From Turneriella sp. (GTDB taxonomy: Bacteria; Spirochaetota; Leptospiria; Turneriellales; Turneriellaceae), in assembly GCA_965279515.1 (NCBI GenBank), contig CBDIID010000003.1:2880001-2944000 (forward strand): 64,000 bases of DNA, in the 5' to 3' direction. The notes beneath the pieces were generated by a model that was not told where the DNA came from, searched no databases, and was given only the letters and a program-made list of their open reading frames with translations. The stretch's first letter is position 1; each line of letters begins with the position of its first letter. The translations under genes and the position numbers were made by a program. Of this stretch, positions 28,905 through 39,552 are shown piece after piece.

Positions 28905-29519
28905 CTACTTCTTCTCATATTTCCAGTTCAGGCCTTTACCTTCGGCAATCTGCTCCAGTGATTTCAGCAGCCGCTTCTCGCGTGTTTCGGCCGTCTTGGC
29001 GCCCGCCACATGCTCGACGTAATCTTTGCGGTATGAAAAGCTGAAAGCATTCCAGTGCGACCAGGTCTTTGTCTCGGCCTTGAGCGCCTTCAGCATAAAC
29101 GGGGGGACATCCACCTTGCGCTTGGGGTCGCGCGCGACTTTGGGCTTCTTCACCCCGCTGCCCTGTTCGTTCAGCTTCACCGCCGCCCGAATGAGAGCAA
29201 TCAGGTCTTTCTCTTTGGGCAGGTCTTTGACCGAGCGGATGCGCCCGAAATGGCCCATGGCCGTGCGGCTTTCTTTTTGCAGAAGCCCCTTCGTGTCCTT
29301 CAGTAGCGAGCCCTTCCAGAAATTCAGGGCGCAGTGTTCCTTAAAGGCGGCGGTGCCGCAGAGGATTCCGTTATAATCAAAATGCGGCATACCCCATTTG
29401 ATGGTTTCTTCGACGTTGGGGCAGGCCTTATGCACCGTTTGGCGGATGTATGTCAGAATCGGTTTCGCAAAATCCTGCGCTTTGGCGATATAGGCGTCGA
29501 TGCGTTTGTCGGTTTTCAT
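28905..29519 (-). CDS. YdeI/OmpD-associated (DUF1801) protein
   Basis: EETIKWGMP...AKTAETREKRL. Confidence 0.88.
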   Translation of the reverse strand: MKTDKRIDAYIAKAQDFAKPILTYIRQTVHKACPNVEETIKWGMPHFDYNGILCGTAAFKEHCALNFWKGSLLKDTKGLLQKESRTAMGHFGRIRSVKDLPKEKDLIALIRAAVKLNEQGSGVKKPKVARDPKRKVDVPPFMLKALKAETKTWSHWNAFSFSYRKDYVEHVAGAKTAETREKRLLKSLEQIAEGKGLNWKYEKK

Positions 29520-30244
29520 GGGTTCGATTCGCTTTTTTCGTCGAAGTCGCCGCCGGCATATTTCTTCCAGGCGCGGAGCTGCTTTTCAGCCACCTGCGCT
29601 TCGGCCTGAAAGCGCCCCGCGCTGACCGAAACCAATACGCGGTTGGCTGAAGCCACCTTGTCGAAGAGCGCGCTTTCAGGCGCGATTTCCACATGATAAA
29701 TATGCCACGAGCGTTGCGCCGCGCCAGCTGTCGCGGGCTTACCAAAAGTGATATAACCTGTCTGCGCCTGCGCGCTGTTCGCGAGATTCGGATTATCTGC
29801 CTGGCGCTGGCCCGTATCGAGCACTGTTACCGTTTCTGAAAAAATTTCCTTTTTGACGTTCAGGGGTTCGAATTCAAGCGTGCGGCCGTCGGCTTCGAGG
29901 CGGATCTTCCCCTTGGGCGCCGGGTCGGTGTCGTAGAGCTTCAGCGCCAGTGAAATCACATCGTCCGCTGCCCGCGGCAAAGCTGCAGGCCGCCGGAATG
30001 TCAGGGTGAGCGTGCGTTCGCCGCGGTCGAGTTCGAGAATCCTGTCGCCGTCGAGACTCAGGTAGTGTTCCGTGCTGAGCGTCAGGTAATCGGTATTGAG
30101 CTTTTTATCCCGGTTCAGGCGTACGACGTTATACTTCGAAGAACATGCAGCAGACAAGATGATTGCGCTGCCTGCAAATAGAAATAGCCGGCGGATAGAT
30201 AGCTTCAGAATGCCAAAGGCTCGATCTGGAGAATCACCCGTCAA
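29516..30244 (-). CDS. Hypothetical lipoprotein
   Basis: ILSAAC lipobox; 4-nt overlaps with both neighbours. Confidence 0.65.
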   Translation of the reverse strand: MTGDSPDRAFGILKLSIRRLFLFAGSAIILSAACSSKYNVVRLNRDKKLNTDYLTLSTEHYLSLDGDRILELDRGERTLTLTFRRPAALPRAADDVISLALKLYDTDPAPKGKIRLEADGRTLEFEPLNVKKEIFSETVTVLDTGQRQADNPNLANSAQAQTGYITFGKPATAGAAQRSWHIYHVEIAPESALFDKVASANRVLVSVSAGRFQAEAQVAEKQLRAWKKYAGGDFDEKSESNP

Positions 30245-31071
30245 CCGTTTCGTTTGCCAGTAACGATATGGACGCGTGCCCCGAGCAGTACTGAACCTGC
30301 GGTTTCGATTCCGGCCAGGCGGGCCGTCAACAGCCGCTGCGCCTCGCTGACTTTCTCCGGGCCGGCTTTTGCCAGCAGTTCACCGAAGGACGAAAAAGAC
30401 GAGAGGGCAAAAACAGCCGCATCAGATGCAGCTAACTTGCCACCCACCGGCAGCTTACCACGCCAATCACTGACTTTCAGGTCGCCAAACCCCGCTGCCT
30501 GCAACAGTTTGATCAGTTTCTGTTCCTGCGCATAACGAAAGGGGCCGGGCGCCTCGGGATCAGGCCTGGGAATATCCACAAGGCTCGCAACAATATCGCG
30601 CACTGCGACTATCCATTCATTATCTGCGGGAGGTCCCCAGACGGCGAAGGCAAACTGCCCACCCGGCTTGAGCCAGCGGAACAAATTGGAAAACGCCGCT
30701 TGCGGTTCATCGAAGAACATGACGCCGAAACGCGAGAATAATCTGTCATAGGGTTGTTCCGGCAGAGCCTTCGCCATATCGGCAACCGCAAATTTTACCG
30801 TGGGTTCGCGCTTTTGCGCCGCTTCAATCAGGGCGGGAGAAATATCGAAACCATGGATAACATTGCCCGCAGGGGCGAATCGTGCTAAATCTGAAGCGGT
30901 GCCGCCGCCCCCGCAACCGATCTCGGCGATGCGATACGCCGCATCGAGGCCGAGGGCTGCGAACAGCGGGGCATCCACCGGCGCGAGCATCGCTTCCATG
31001 CCGGTGAGTTGGCCCAGCCATTTTTCACCGCGCTCCCCTTGCCAGTCTGCTGATCCGGGTTGCGCGGTCAT
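30241..31071 (-). CDS. Class I SAM-dependent methyltransferase
   Basis: EIGCGGG, FDIS, SRFGVMFF, LKPGG. Confidence 0.9.
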   Translation of the reverse strand: MTAQPGSADWQGERGEKWLGQLTGMEAMLAPVDAPLFAALGLDAAYRIAEIGCGGGGTASDLARFAPAGNVIHGFDISPALIEAAQKREPTVKFAVADMAKALPEQPYDRLFSRFGVMFFDEPQAAFSNLFRWLKPGGQFAFAVWGPPADNEWIVAVRDIVASLVDIPRPDPEAPGPFRYAQEQKLIKLLQAAGFGDLKVSDWRGKLPVGGKLAASDAAVFALSSFSSFGELLAKAGPEKVSEAQRLLTARLAGIETAGSVLLGARVHIVTGKRNG

Positions 31072-31077
31072 GGTGCG

Positions 31078-32235
31078 TTATGTGGTGGCGAGGCCGAGAT
31101 TTTTGGAAACAATCTCGCGCATGATTTCGGACGTTCCGGCATAGATCGTCTGCACACGGCAGTCTAGGTAAGCTTTCGCAATCGGGTACTCCATCATGAA
31201 ACCATAACCACCGAAGAACTGCAGGCATTTCGAAACGTGTGCCTGAAGAAGCTCTGAGCATTGCAGCTTCACCGCCGAAGCCTGCGCAGGCGTTGCATCG
31301 CCCGTCATGTGCAACTGCACGACGCGGTCGAGATACTGGCGCGCGGCTTCTTGTTCGACATACATGTCGACGAGGCTGAAGCGAGTGTTCTGGAAACCGC
31401 CGATTGGTTTGCCAAAGGCGCGGCGCTCGTTGCAGTATTTCACTGTCTGGTCGAGCACGACTTCGGCTGAAGCGATGTTCGAGATCGCGAGTACCAGGCG
31501 CTCTTGTGCCAACGACTGCATCAGGTAACGGAAGCCCGCGTTCATGCGGCCCAGCAGGTTTTCTTTCGGTACCTTCACGTCGTTAAAATGCAGTTCTGAT
31601 GTATCCTGTGCGTGCAGGCCAATCTTCTTGAGCTTGCGGCCGCGCTCGAAGCCCGGCATGCCGCGCTCTACCATAAGAAGAGAGATGCCACCTTGGCCCT
31701 CGCCCGTGCGTGCAACGACGATGCACAGGTCAGAGAGATAGCCGTTCGAAATGAAGGTCTTTGAGCCGTTGAGAATGAAGTGATCACCCTTGTCGACTGC
31801 CTTGGTGGTGACGGCGGCAAGGTCAGAACCTGTGCCGGGTTCGGTCATGCCGATCGAGAGAATTTTCGTGCCGTCAATAATGCCCGGCAACCAGCGCTTC
31901 TTTTGCTCTTCGTTGGCATAATGCAGAACGTAGGGCGCGATGACGTCGGCGTGCAGTGAAATAAAGAAGCCCGATGATGCGGCTTTCGCCAGCTCTTCGA
32001 TGACAATGACGTTATAGAGAAAGTCGACGCCCATGCCGCCATACTCTTCGGGAAAATTCGGGCAGATCATGCCGAGCTTGCCGGCCTTTTCCCAAACGTC
32101 GCGGGTAACCTCACCGGCTTTTTCCCACTCTTCGTGGCGCGGCACGCAATCCTTCGCGATAAAATCCGCAACCATTTCACGGAACTGGTTGTGTTCCTCT
32201 GTAAAGGGTAATAAACGAGACAGTCTTTTGACCAT
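31078..32235 (-). CDS. Long-chain acyl-CoA dehydrogenase
   Basis: MTEPGTGSD, NGSKTFISNG, GGYGFMMEY, IYAGTSEIM; start at Met 32235 behind AAGGAG. Confidence 0.95.
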   Translation of the reverse strand: MVKRLSRLLPFTEEHNQFREMVADFIAKDCVPRHEEWEKAGEVTRDVWEKAGKLGMICPNFPEEYGGMGVDFLYNVIVIEELAKAASSGFFISLHADVIAPYVLHYANEEQKKRWLPGIIDGTKILSIGMTEPGTGSDLAAVTTKAVDKGDHFILNGSKTFISNGYLSDLCIVVARTGEGQGGISLLMVERGMPGFERGRKLKKIGLHAQDTSELHFNDVKVPKENLLGRMNAGFRYLMQSLAQERLVLAISNIASAEVVLDQTVKYCNERRAFGKPIGGFQNTRFSLVDMYVEQEAARQYLDRVVQLHMTGDATPAQASAVKLQCSELLQAHVSKCLQFFGGYGFMMEYPIAKAYLDCRVQTIYAGTSEIMREIVSKNLGLATT

Positions 32236-32353
32236 AGCTTTCTCCTTGGCGGCAGGCAGACAAGCTGCTTCCCGGGTTTTTGTAGCATTCGTTACAACGA
32301 CGCTAAAAGACTCTAAGGGGGATTGCGACATTGCGTAAATGTTTTTGGGCATC

Positions 32354-32440
32354 ACGGGCGTCCCCTTCGGGTCGGGCCACTCCGGGCTGCGCTCACGCTC
32401 CGGCCCTTCGGGCCATGCCCTGCGTGTCCCTGACGCACCC
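32354..32440. repeat. GC-rich structured intergenic element (Leptospira-like interspersed repeat)
   Basis: CGGGCGTCCCCTTCGGGTCGGGC..., GGCCC-TTC-GGGCC hairpin; single copy in this window. Confidence 0.45.
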
Positions 32441-32496
32441 CTTGGGACGAATTTGCCTTCGACTCTTCCAGAACCTTGTCGATATTATGAAGGCAA

Positions 32497-33783
32497 ATGC
32501 TACGTTTTTCCATAGCCATGTTATTAACTATAATGGCCGCCCCCACCCTTTCCGCCGAGGTCTATCCCCTCACGCTCTACCGCAGCTACAGCGACATGCA
32601 GGCGGTGCCGGCGCTGATGATCGGCAAGATCAATACCAAGGGTACCGATAACTCGATACCGCCCCGCCAGATTTTGGGCTATGATGCCCGCCTTTCGGTG
32701 GTGAGCGCGTCGATCGACGATGCCGCGAAAATTTATCCGGGCATGAAGGTCTTCATTGTAAAACGCGAGCGCGACCATACACGCAACCAGGCTGCCCTCA
32801 TTGTCGCCGAAGGTGAAATCGATTCGATCGCAGAGACGGTGTTCTCGGGGCGGGTCGCGCAGATCCGCGGTCAGTTCTCTATGGTTTCCCGCCAGCATTT
32901 TATCGCCGTGCCGCAGGCTTCGACGCGGCCGAGCGCCGACACGCGCGACGCGCAGGACTACCTGCTCGAGGCAGAACGCCACCGCCATGAAAAGGATTTC
33001 GCCCGCTCAGCACAGAAGCTGCAGCATGCCCGCGAACTCGAACCTAATAACCCACTGGTGAACCTGCGCTACGCAGAACTTGCTCTCGCCAATGCTGCCG
33101 ATGAAAAGGCCCGGGCCGCGTTAAAGAAAGCTTTCAACGACCGCCGCCGCCTCGAAGATGTGAATGAATTTATTAAGCTGGGTGGGCTCTACCTCACCGC
33201 TGAGGTCGCTGTCTTGCCCGCGCAGAACCGCGAGCTGCTCAAGACCGGGGCCGCCTTGCTCACCTCGATGCGGCAGTTTGAGAAAGACCTGGGCCAGTAC
33301 GGCAAAGACCTATCGCCGCCGAAATCATCGACGATGCGCCTGAAGGGCAGCCGCTTTTCAGCGGCCTACCATTTGAGCTATGGCCAGCTTTTGCGTGCGA
33401 TTGCCGGTGCGCTCAAAGAGTATAATCCCGAAGCCGTTGCAAAGATGCTCGAGTATGCTGAGCGCGACGCGCTCTATGCGCCGATAGAAACGCGGGTAGC
33501 GCGCGAGCGCGTGCTGGCGCTGCCGCGCAAAATGTGGGACCGCGCCTACATCGACGCCGCGATCACACACTTTGAGATTGCATTGCGTAAAGATCGCCAC
33601 AGCGAAGCGGCGTTCGAACTGATCGAGCTCTGCGATAACCAGTGGGATTTCTCCGATGGTAACCGCCGGCAATACCTCAAAGAACTTGTCGCGAAATACG
33701 CACCGGCATATCTCGAATCGGCGCATGAAGATCAGCGCATGAGCCGCGTACGCCGCGCACTGAACAAAGTCAACCAGGTCTGA
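32497..33783 (+). CDS. Exported TPR-containing hypothetical protein
   Basis: Signal peptide; ARELEPNNPLVNLRYA TPR-like segment. Confidence 0.7.
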   Translation: MLRFSIAMLLTIMAAPTLSAEVYPLTLYRSYSDMQAVPALMIGKINTKGTDNSIPPRQILGYDARLSVVSASIDDAAKIYPGMKVFIVKRERDHTRNQAALIVAEGEIDSIAETVFSGRVAQIRGQFSMVSRQHFIAVPQASTRPSADTRDAQDYLLEAERHRHEKDFARSAQKLQHARELEPNNPLVNLRYAELALANAADEKARAALKKAFNDRRRLEDVNEFIKLGGLYLTAEVAVLPAQNRELLKTGAALLTSMRQFEKDLGQYGKDLSPPKSSTMRLKGSRFSAAYHLSYGQLLRAIAGALKEYNPEAVAKMLEYAERDALYAPIETRVARERVLALPRKMWDRAYIDAAITHFEIALRKDRHSEAAFELIELCDNQWDFSDGNRRQYLKELVAKYAPAYLESAHEDQRMSRVRRALNKVNQV

Positions 33784-34583
33784 TAACGCGCCGCACGCCG
33801 CGTGTTGCCGTGCTTGGCGGCACCCATCGCCAACATGCGGCTCTTTCTTTCCGCTTCTTTTAAAAGCGGCTGCATGTACTCCGCCATGGCTGCACTACGG
33901 CGTATCTGCCGGTAAAATCGGTGGAGCGCCAACACGCGAAAGCGGTCAATTTCAGGCGTTGCTGAGGATTGCACCCAGGCACCTGTGCGCTTGATGGCCA
34001 AGGGTTCTTCGAGAAAGCCGACAGGTGCATCGGCCAAAAGACGCAGCCACAATTCGAAATCCTGGCAGAGCCGAAAGGCTGGTGCGAAGCCTGAATGGCT
34101 TTCAAAAAAATCGCGGCGCATCATTACGGCGGATGTCGCAATCAGGCAACGCTCAAACGCCCGCAGTAAAAACTGACCGCCTTGCTTGCGATGCTCTGAA
34201 CGTTGTTTAACCTCCACATCGCCGCGTAGCCAGATCTCGTTGGTATGCAGCCACTGGCATTCGGGATTGGCTTCCAGATAGGTGACTTGCCTCGCTAGTT
34301 TCTCAGAATGCCAGAGGTCGTCGCTGTCGAGAAACGCAACAAGGGACGATGAACCCGCGGCGACACCGTGGTTGCGCGCCGGGCCCGATCCGCCATTCTT
34401 CTCTAAACGTAAAACCTGAACCCGCGGATCTGAAACCGGCAGATGCGGTTCGAGTGGTTCGGGACTGGCATCGTCGACAATAAACAGCCGAAGCTCAGTA
34501 TACGTCTGATTCAGAACACTGGCAATCGCTTCCCTTAAGAGATCGACTCTGCCATAGGCGGGAATGACGACGTCGACGGTCAT
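33732..34583 (-). CDS. Glycosyltransferase family 2
   Basis: VVIPAY, VDDAS, ARNHG, FLDSDD, QDFELWLR. Confidence 0.92.
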   Translation of the reverse strand: MTVDVVIPAYGRVDLLREAIASVLNQTYTELRLFIVDDASPEPLEPHLPVSDPRVQVLRLEKNGGSGPARNHGVAAGSSSLVAFLDSDDLWHSEKLARQVTYLEANPECQWLHTNEIWLRGDVEVKQRSEHRKQGGQFLLRAFERCLIATSAVMMRRDFFESHSGFAPAFRLCQDFELWLRLLADAPVGFLEEPLAIKRTGAWVQSSATPEIDRFRVLALHRFYRQIRRSAAMAEYMQPLLKEAERKSRMLAMGAAKHGNTRRAARYQTWLTLFSARRTRLMR

Positions 34584-35746
34584 CGGTGACGGCGATAGAA
34601 AAAGAAATCGTCTTCGCCCAGTTCAGCCTCTTCCATGAGCTGATATCCTTGTGGCGTGCCCGAGCCGATAGCGGCGCTGAAGCTGTTACCGCGGCCCGGT
34701 TTGCCCCACAGGTCTGCCGCTGTCTTGTGGCGCGACCGGTAAATGGCCGCGGCATCGACGAAATCATGCTGCAGCAAAAGTTCGGAAAAACCCGGGCCTG
34801 CCTCTATCAAAATGCTGTTAAAACCTGAGTCGAGGATCTCCCTAAGTAGCGTATGCATAGCCCGGGGGAAATCCGCCTTCCATACTTCGGGCAAAAACGC
34901 AAAGACCTTGAAGTTTGTGTCTATGCTGGTCTGCATGTTATGGAACTCGCCGCGCTGCAGTGCATTCATCGCTGCGGCGAGAAAACCCCGGGCCGCGGGC
35001 TTTATCTGCGTTGCTCCGGCGAGAGCGGGCTGGCTGAGCAACATAGTTTGAAAAAAGAACGAAAGATTTGTATGCCGAAGGTCAGGGACCGCGCTGTCAA
35101 ATCGCACATTGAGGCGAGGTTTGTCCGCGGCGACCACACCCGGCGTTGCCAGCGTAAATTTATGGTAGTTGCGCAGGGCCGCCGTGATGAACGCAGTCTC
35201 TTTGCCGCTGATGGCTCCGGACGGGCCTGTGGCTGGCGCCAGGGCACCGTCATGCGTCTGCGCCCACTTCAGGGTGATGCGGGGCCGCTGATGCTCCCGT
35301 GCGAAAAAGAACGGACCCGTGGTGAACCACGCTTCCGTAACGAAAGCCGCCGGCTCCAGCAGGGAGACATCCACCCCATGATCTTTGAGTATCTGCACAG
35401 ATCGCCCCATGACTTCCGCCGCAAAGTCGCGTTCAGCGATCACCACCCGCTTGAGCTTGCGTTCGATGATGGCATCCACGCACGGTGGCGTGCGGCCATG
35501 GTGGCAACAGGGTTCCAGGGTAACGTAGAGTGTTGCGCCGGAGAGGTCAGCGTCAGGAATCTGGTTCAGCGCGTGGCGTTCGGCATGCGCATAGCCTGCG
35601 CGCTGGGTTGTCCCGCGTGCAATAATCTCACCGGACGCAGAAACAATAACCGCACCCACGGCAGGGTTGGGATCTGAATTGCCGATGGCAGGCAGAGCCG
35701 CGCGGTAGGCCTCGCGCGTGAAGTCTGTGTCTTTGTCTGCGCTCAC
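34580..35746 (-). CDS. ribD: Riboflavin biosynthesis deaminase/reductase
   Basis: PNPAVGAV, HAE, TLEPCCHHGRTPPC, LKWAQT.DG, IEAG. Confidence 0.9.
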   Translation of the reverse strand: MSADKDTDFTREAYRAALPAIGNSDPNPAVGAVIVSASGEIIARGTTQRAGYAHAERHALNQIPDADLSGATLYVTLEPCCHHGRTPPCVDAIIERKLKRVVIAERDFAAEVMGRSVQILKDHGVDVSLLEPAAFVTEAWFTTGPFFFAREHQRPRITLKWAQTHDGALAPATGPSGAISGKETAFITAALRNYHKFTLATPGVVAADKPRLNVRFDSAVPDLRHTNLSFFFQTMLLSQPALAGATQIKPAARGFLAAAMNALQRGEFHNMQTSIDTNFKVFAFLPEVWKADFPRAMHTLLREILDSGFNSILIEAGPGFSELLLQHDFVDAAAIYRSRHKTAADLWGKPGRGNSFSAAIGSGTPQGYQLMEEAELGEDDFFFYRRHR

Positions 35747-36207
35747 GGCGCGGTGAGGCCCGGCGTGTCGGTCGTGATGCTTGCCAGGGCTAAAAGAAAA
35801 ATAACGCCGTCGTCGCCGTCGAGGTGCGCAACACCGCGGATTGAGGTGCGTGTGCCGCCGTTGGCAAAATCGGGGTTCTCTTCTACATTCTTACCCGGGA
35901 TAAAAACCACGCGTTCGACCGAGTCGCAGACGATGCCGGTAAGTTTGCCAGCAGCGCTCGTAACGATGATGCGGGTTTCCGGTGTCACCTCGGCAGACTC
36001 GAGCGAGAACTTTTCCCGCAGGCCGACGACGGGAATAATCTGTCCCCTCAGGTTGATGACACCCAGTACGTGTGCAGGCGCGTGCGGAATTTTGCGCGGT
36101 TCCTGGTAACGCAAAACTTCCTGGGTTTCACCGATCTCAACGGCATAGGTCTCTACGCCGATTTTGAATAGAACGAATTGAACCCCGCGCGCGTCGACTG
36201 TACTCAC
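35743..36207 (-). CDS. cheW: Chemotaxis protein CheW
   Basis: IPHAP.HVLGVINLRGQIIPV. Confidence 0.92.
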   Translation of the reverse strand: MSTVDARGVQFVLFKIGVETYAVEIGETQEVLRYQEPRKIPHAPAHVLGVINLRGQIIPVVGLREKFSLESAEVTPETRIIVTSAAGKLTGIVCDSVERVVFIPGKNVEENPDFANGGTRTSIRGVAHLDGDDGVIFLLALASITTDTPGLTAP

Positions 36208-36213
36208 TTTAGG

Positions 36214-36795
36214 TCAGATGCGGTTTTCACGCCGCGGGCGATCGGGCAGGCCGCCCTTTTCGCGTCCATCGCGTTTGTGGAAGTAATAGAGAACCAGACC
36301 GACCGTTACCAGAAAATTCAGGAATACCCAGAGAAAACTCAGGGCATGGTAGAAGCCATAGGCGATCAACGACTGGGCAGCCATGATACTCGACAAAGCA
36401 AAGAAAAACGTCAGATCGTTTTCAATAAATTTGCGAATGAAGGATGGCCACTGCATTTCATCCGCCTTGTCTTTGAGGTAGGGCTGGCCGATGAACCACA
36501 GTGCGGGCAGAATCGCCGAGTGAAAAAACGCGCTCTCATAGTGTTCGCCATAAACACCGCCGGTATAGCTGAGAAGATAGCCGATGAGTGCACCCGCCAC
36601 GGCGCCGGCATAACCCGTTGCCGGGTCGGCGCTGATCAGGCGTTGCCATTCGTTGACGATAAAATTATGCGCGTGGATCAGCTCTTCACGGGGATACTCC
36701 CGCCGCCCGTCGTTCAGAAGCCTGCGGTAATAGTTCAGGAGTAAAATCAGGGCCGCTGTGATAGCGAGCGCGATGATCGACGCGACAAATTCCAT
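36214..36795 (-). CDS. Hypothetical membrane protein
   Basis: Several TM segments; co-oriented with cheW-ribD. Confidence 0.65.
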   Translation of the reverse strand: MEFVASIIALAITAALILLLNYYRRLLNDGRREYPREELIHAHNFIVNEWQRLISADPATGYAGAVAGALIGYLLSYTGGVYGEHYESAFFHSAILPALWFIGQPYLKDKADEMQWPSFIRKFIENDLTFFFALSSIMAAQSLIAYGFYHALSFLWVFLNFLVTVGLVLYYFHKRDGREKGGLPDRPRRENRI

Positions 36796-36891
36796 AAACC
36801 ACTTTGGAGTCAATCGGCAGCGATTCAATCAAAATTCAATATCGGCCCAAAATCACTTGCCGCAGCCAACCGCCACGCAACCGAGGCGCAT

Positions 36892-37230
36892 ATGATGAAG
36901 ACGCGGCGTATAGTTTCCCTGGCTCTTTGGACGGGCATATTGCTGTTTTTAATGACGGGAACACTGGCAGCGAGCCCTGCTCCCTCAGCGGCCGAAGCCT
37001 CCAAACTCATTGCCTCGGCGGTCAGCATCCGCAAGTTCGCCGGCGCCCCGGTAGACAGCGTTCTGCTCACTGACCCGGAGAAAAAGGGCGGCGTATACCA
37101 GTATCGCGGTGAGTTCAGCGTCGCCAAAACGGGTAAAAAGATCAGCTGCGAAGATTGGACCTTTGCCCTCGAGCTCAAACACGGCGGCTGGAGCGTCGGC
37201 GAGATTGTCCGCGGGCGCTGTAACGACTAA
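36892..37230 (+). CDS. Small exported hypothetical protein
   Basis: Signal peptide, two Cys, GAGG RBS. Confidence 0.65.
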   Translation: MMKTRRIVSLALWTGILLFLMTGTLAASPAPSAAEASKLIASAVSIRKFAGAPVDSVLLTDPEKKGGVYQYRGEFSVAKTGKKISCEDWTFALELKHGGWSVGEIVRGRCND

Positions 37231-38522
37231 TGCGTTCCCCACAAATACACCGTTCACGCCTGTCGCCGGTAGCTTTCTTTATCCTGCTGATCACGCTCAC
37301 GGTAGGTTGTTCAAAACTTGTTTACGAGCATAACGAGGGCAAACTTTCGCGTGGGTCATTCCAGTTTCTCAAAGATGTCTATTACGCAGGGCAGTTTGAA
37401 GAAGAAGAGACGCCGGCCAAGCGCAACCAGGCGATTCTGAATGACCTGGCGGAGCTTGACGGCGCGGGTTCACTCGGCACAAAAAAGGGCCTCAAAAGCG
37501 ACCCCTCGTATCCGGAGTACATGTTTCGGCAAGAACATGCGCGCCATGGCAAAGCGGCTATTCTGCACTGGCAAAAGAAGTACAAAGATAAGTTCAACTG
37601 GCAGATGCTGTTTGCGGCCGAAAAACTCAGTTACGATGAAGCGAAATTTATAAAAACCTTCACCGACGCGGTCGCCACGGGCCGCCCTTATGAAAAGGTG
37701 GTAGTCGCCGAATTCGAGGGCAATCCTATTGAATACCGCGACCTGAAAACTGTCATGACAGTCTCAGACTATGAGCAATTTAAAGGTTTTACCAATGCGG
37801 CGATGACCGGGGCAATGAAAGAGACGCTCAAGTCGTGGCTCGAGAAGAAAATTCACGATCGCATGCTGAAAACCTATTTTGCCGATGAGCATGAGCTGCG
37901 CCGCTTTGACCATAACCGCGTCGCGGTACTTTTTCTCAAGGTAAAATACGGCAAAGCCGGCAAGGGGATTTACCCTGGCTCTATGGACAAGATCCCGTTA
38001 AAGCCAACGGAAATTTACGACCACTTCCATAAGATGCAGAATGCATTGGCGGATGTCCTCTGGGTGAAAGCCGCATACACCGTGGTCGCCGAAGAGAATC
38101 TCGGTGAAGAGTTACTCGCTAAGCTCAATAAAGGCGCCGATTTTGAAAAAATCGTCGATAAATATGCTTCAGCGCCGAAATTCATCCGCACCGCGAAGCC
38201 GACCGTGATTCAGGGTTATGACCGCAAAAAGAGCGTCGATGAGCGCGAGAAACGCGAATATTATGAGCGCCTGATTCTCGACATGGCCAGCCGCGATGTC
38301 ACCAAACCCGAACCCTATCTGGGGAAAGAAGGCATTGTCATTGTCCGTATCTATGAGGTTTCGCGTGCGCTCGAAAAGATCAAACTGCTGGATGTCTCGT
38401 GGAAAGTTGAAAATGATCTGCGGACAAAGATGCTGAATCAGGTCTATGAGCCTGATATCCGCGATGCCCGCGACGCACTGAAGTTCAAATATAACGACCG
38501 TCTGATCAGAAACCTGCAATAG
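37230..38522 (+). CDS. Lipoprotein with parvulin/PrsA-like segment
   Basis: TVGC lipobox; KLNKGADFEKIVDKYA rotamase-like motif. Confidence 0.6.
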   Translation: MRSPQIHRSRLSPVAFFILLITLTVGCSKLVYEHNEGKLSRGSFQFLKDVYYAGQFEEEETPAKRNQAILNDLAELDGAGSLGTKKGLKSDPSYPEYMFRQEHARHGKAAILHWQKKYKDKFNWQMLFAAEKLSYDEAKFIKTFTDAVATGRPYEKVVVAEFEGNPIEYRDLKTVMTVSDYEQFKGFTNAAMTGAMKETLKSWLEKKIHDRMLKTYFADEHELRRFDHNRVAVLFLKVKYGKAGKGIYPGSMDKIPLKPTEIYDHFHKMQNALADVLWVKAAYTVVAEENLGEELLAKLNKGADFEKIVDKYASAPKFIRTAKPTVIQGYDRKKSVDEREKREYYERLILDMASRDVTKPEPYLGKEGIVIVRIYEVSRALEKIKLLDVSWKVENDLRTKMLNQVYEPDIRDARDALKFKYNDRLIRNLQ

Positions 38523-38526
38523 CAAT

Positions 38527-38554
38527 AAAAAAGGCCGGCAAGCCGGCCCCTTTT
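38527..38554. terminator. Bidirectional rho-independent terminator
   Basis: A-run, GGCCGGC-AA-GCCGGCC stem, T-run between convergent genes. Confidence 0.75.
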
Positions 38555-38573
38555 GTTCTCCGTGTAACCCGGA

Positions 38574-39101
38574 TCAGCGCTTGCTGAACTGGGTTGCGCG
38601 GCGTGCTTTGTGGAGACCGTATTTCTTACGTTCAACCATACGCGGATCGCGTTTCAGAAGACCCGCGGCCTTCAGCTTTGAATGCTGTGCGTTGTCGTTC
38701 TGGTCGATGCTGCGTGCGATACCCAGTGATATGGCTTGCGCCTGACCCTGGATGCCACCACCGTATACCGATGCCTTTACGTCAAACTGGCCGGCTTTTT
38801 CTGTAACCACAAATGGTTCCAGAACAGCGGCACGCAGATCGGCGCGTGGGAAGTATTCGCTGATATCACGGTTGTTGATAGTGATTTTGCCCGAACCAGC
38901 CTTGAGCGACACACGTGCCACTGAAGTCTTACGGCGGCCGACAAATTGGTCGGTGTTCTTGCGGGTACGGCGGACCTGTGCTTTATCGTCGGTCGGTTTT
39001 TTGAGTGCAACCTTGCGGCGCGTCATCGATTCCGCGAGGGAAACGACGCCTTCGGGCTTGCGCTGCTCGCCGCGGTCTTGTCTGTCTTGTGGTTTTTCCA
39101 T
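38574..39101 (-). CDS. rpsI: 30S ribosomal protein S9
   Basis: [43 protein letters not shown]. Confidence 0.97.
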   Translation of the reverse strand: MEKPQDRQDRGEQRKPEGVVSLAESMTRRKVALKKPTDDKAQVRRTRKNTDQFVGRRKTSVARVSLKAGSGKITINNRDISEYFPRADLRAAVLEPFVVTEKAGQFDVKASVYGGGIQGQAQAISLGIARSIDQNDNAQHSKLKAAGLLKRDPRMVERKKYGLHKARRATQFSKR

Positions 39102-39111
39102 TTAATTTACC

Positions 39112-39552
39112 TTATGCCGCTGCGGGCTTCTGGCCCTGCAGTGAGTGTTCCGCACCCGCGAATACACGTACGCGTGTCAGCAGTTTACGGCCATATTTCG
39201 TTTTCGGCAGCATGCCTTTAACAGTGAGGAGTACCGCACGGTCAGGCGCGATTTCCATCTGCTTTTTGTAAGGACGTGTCTTCATACCGCCATAATAACG
39301 GCTGTGCCAGATATATTCTTTCTGCTCGGCCTTTTTACCGCTCACTTTTACCTGTGAAGCGTTGATCACTACAACGTGGTCGCCGACCAGCTGACCTGGT
39401 TGGTAGTTGGGTTTGTTTTTGCCCATGAGAATGGTCGCTATCTGTGTGCTCAGGCGACCGAGGATTTTATCCTTGGCGTCGAGTACGACCCATTTATGTG
39501 TTAATTCGGCGCGCTTGGGAAAATGCGAACGCTGCCCTTTGAGAGGATCCAT
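39112..39552 (-). CDS. rplM: 50S ribosomal protein L13
   Basis: WVVLDA..LGRL, GKNKP.Y, GDHVVVINA, VKGMLPK. Confidence 0.97.
   Translation of the reverse strand: MDPLKGQRSHFPKRAELTHKWVVLDAKDKILGRLSTQIATILMGKNKPNYQPGQLVGDHVVVINASQVKVSGKKAEQKEYIWHSRYYGGMKTRPYKKQMEIAPDRAVLLTVKGMLPKTKYGRKLLTRVRVFAGAEHSLQGQKPAAA

Noticed and set aside
34853..35677. 274-aa plus-strand ORF
   Set aside because: Antisense to ribD
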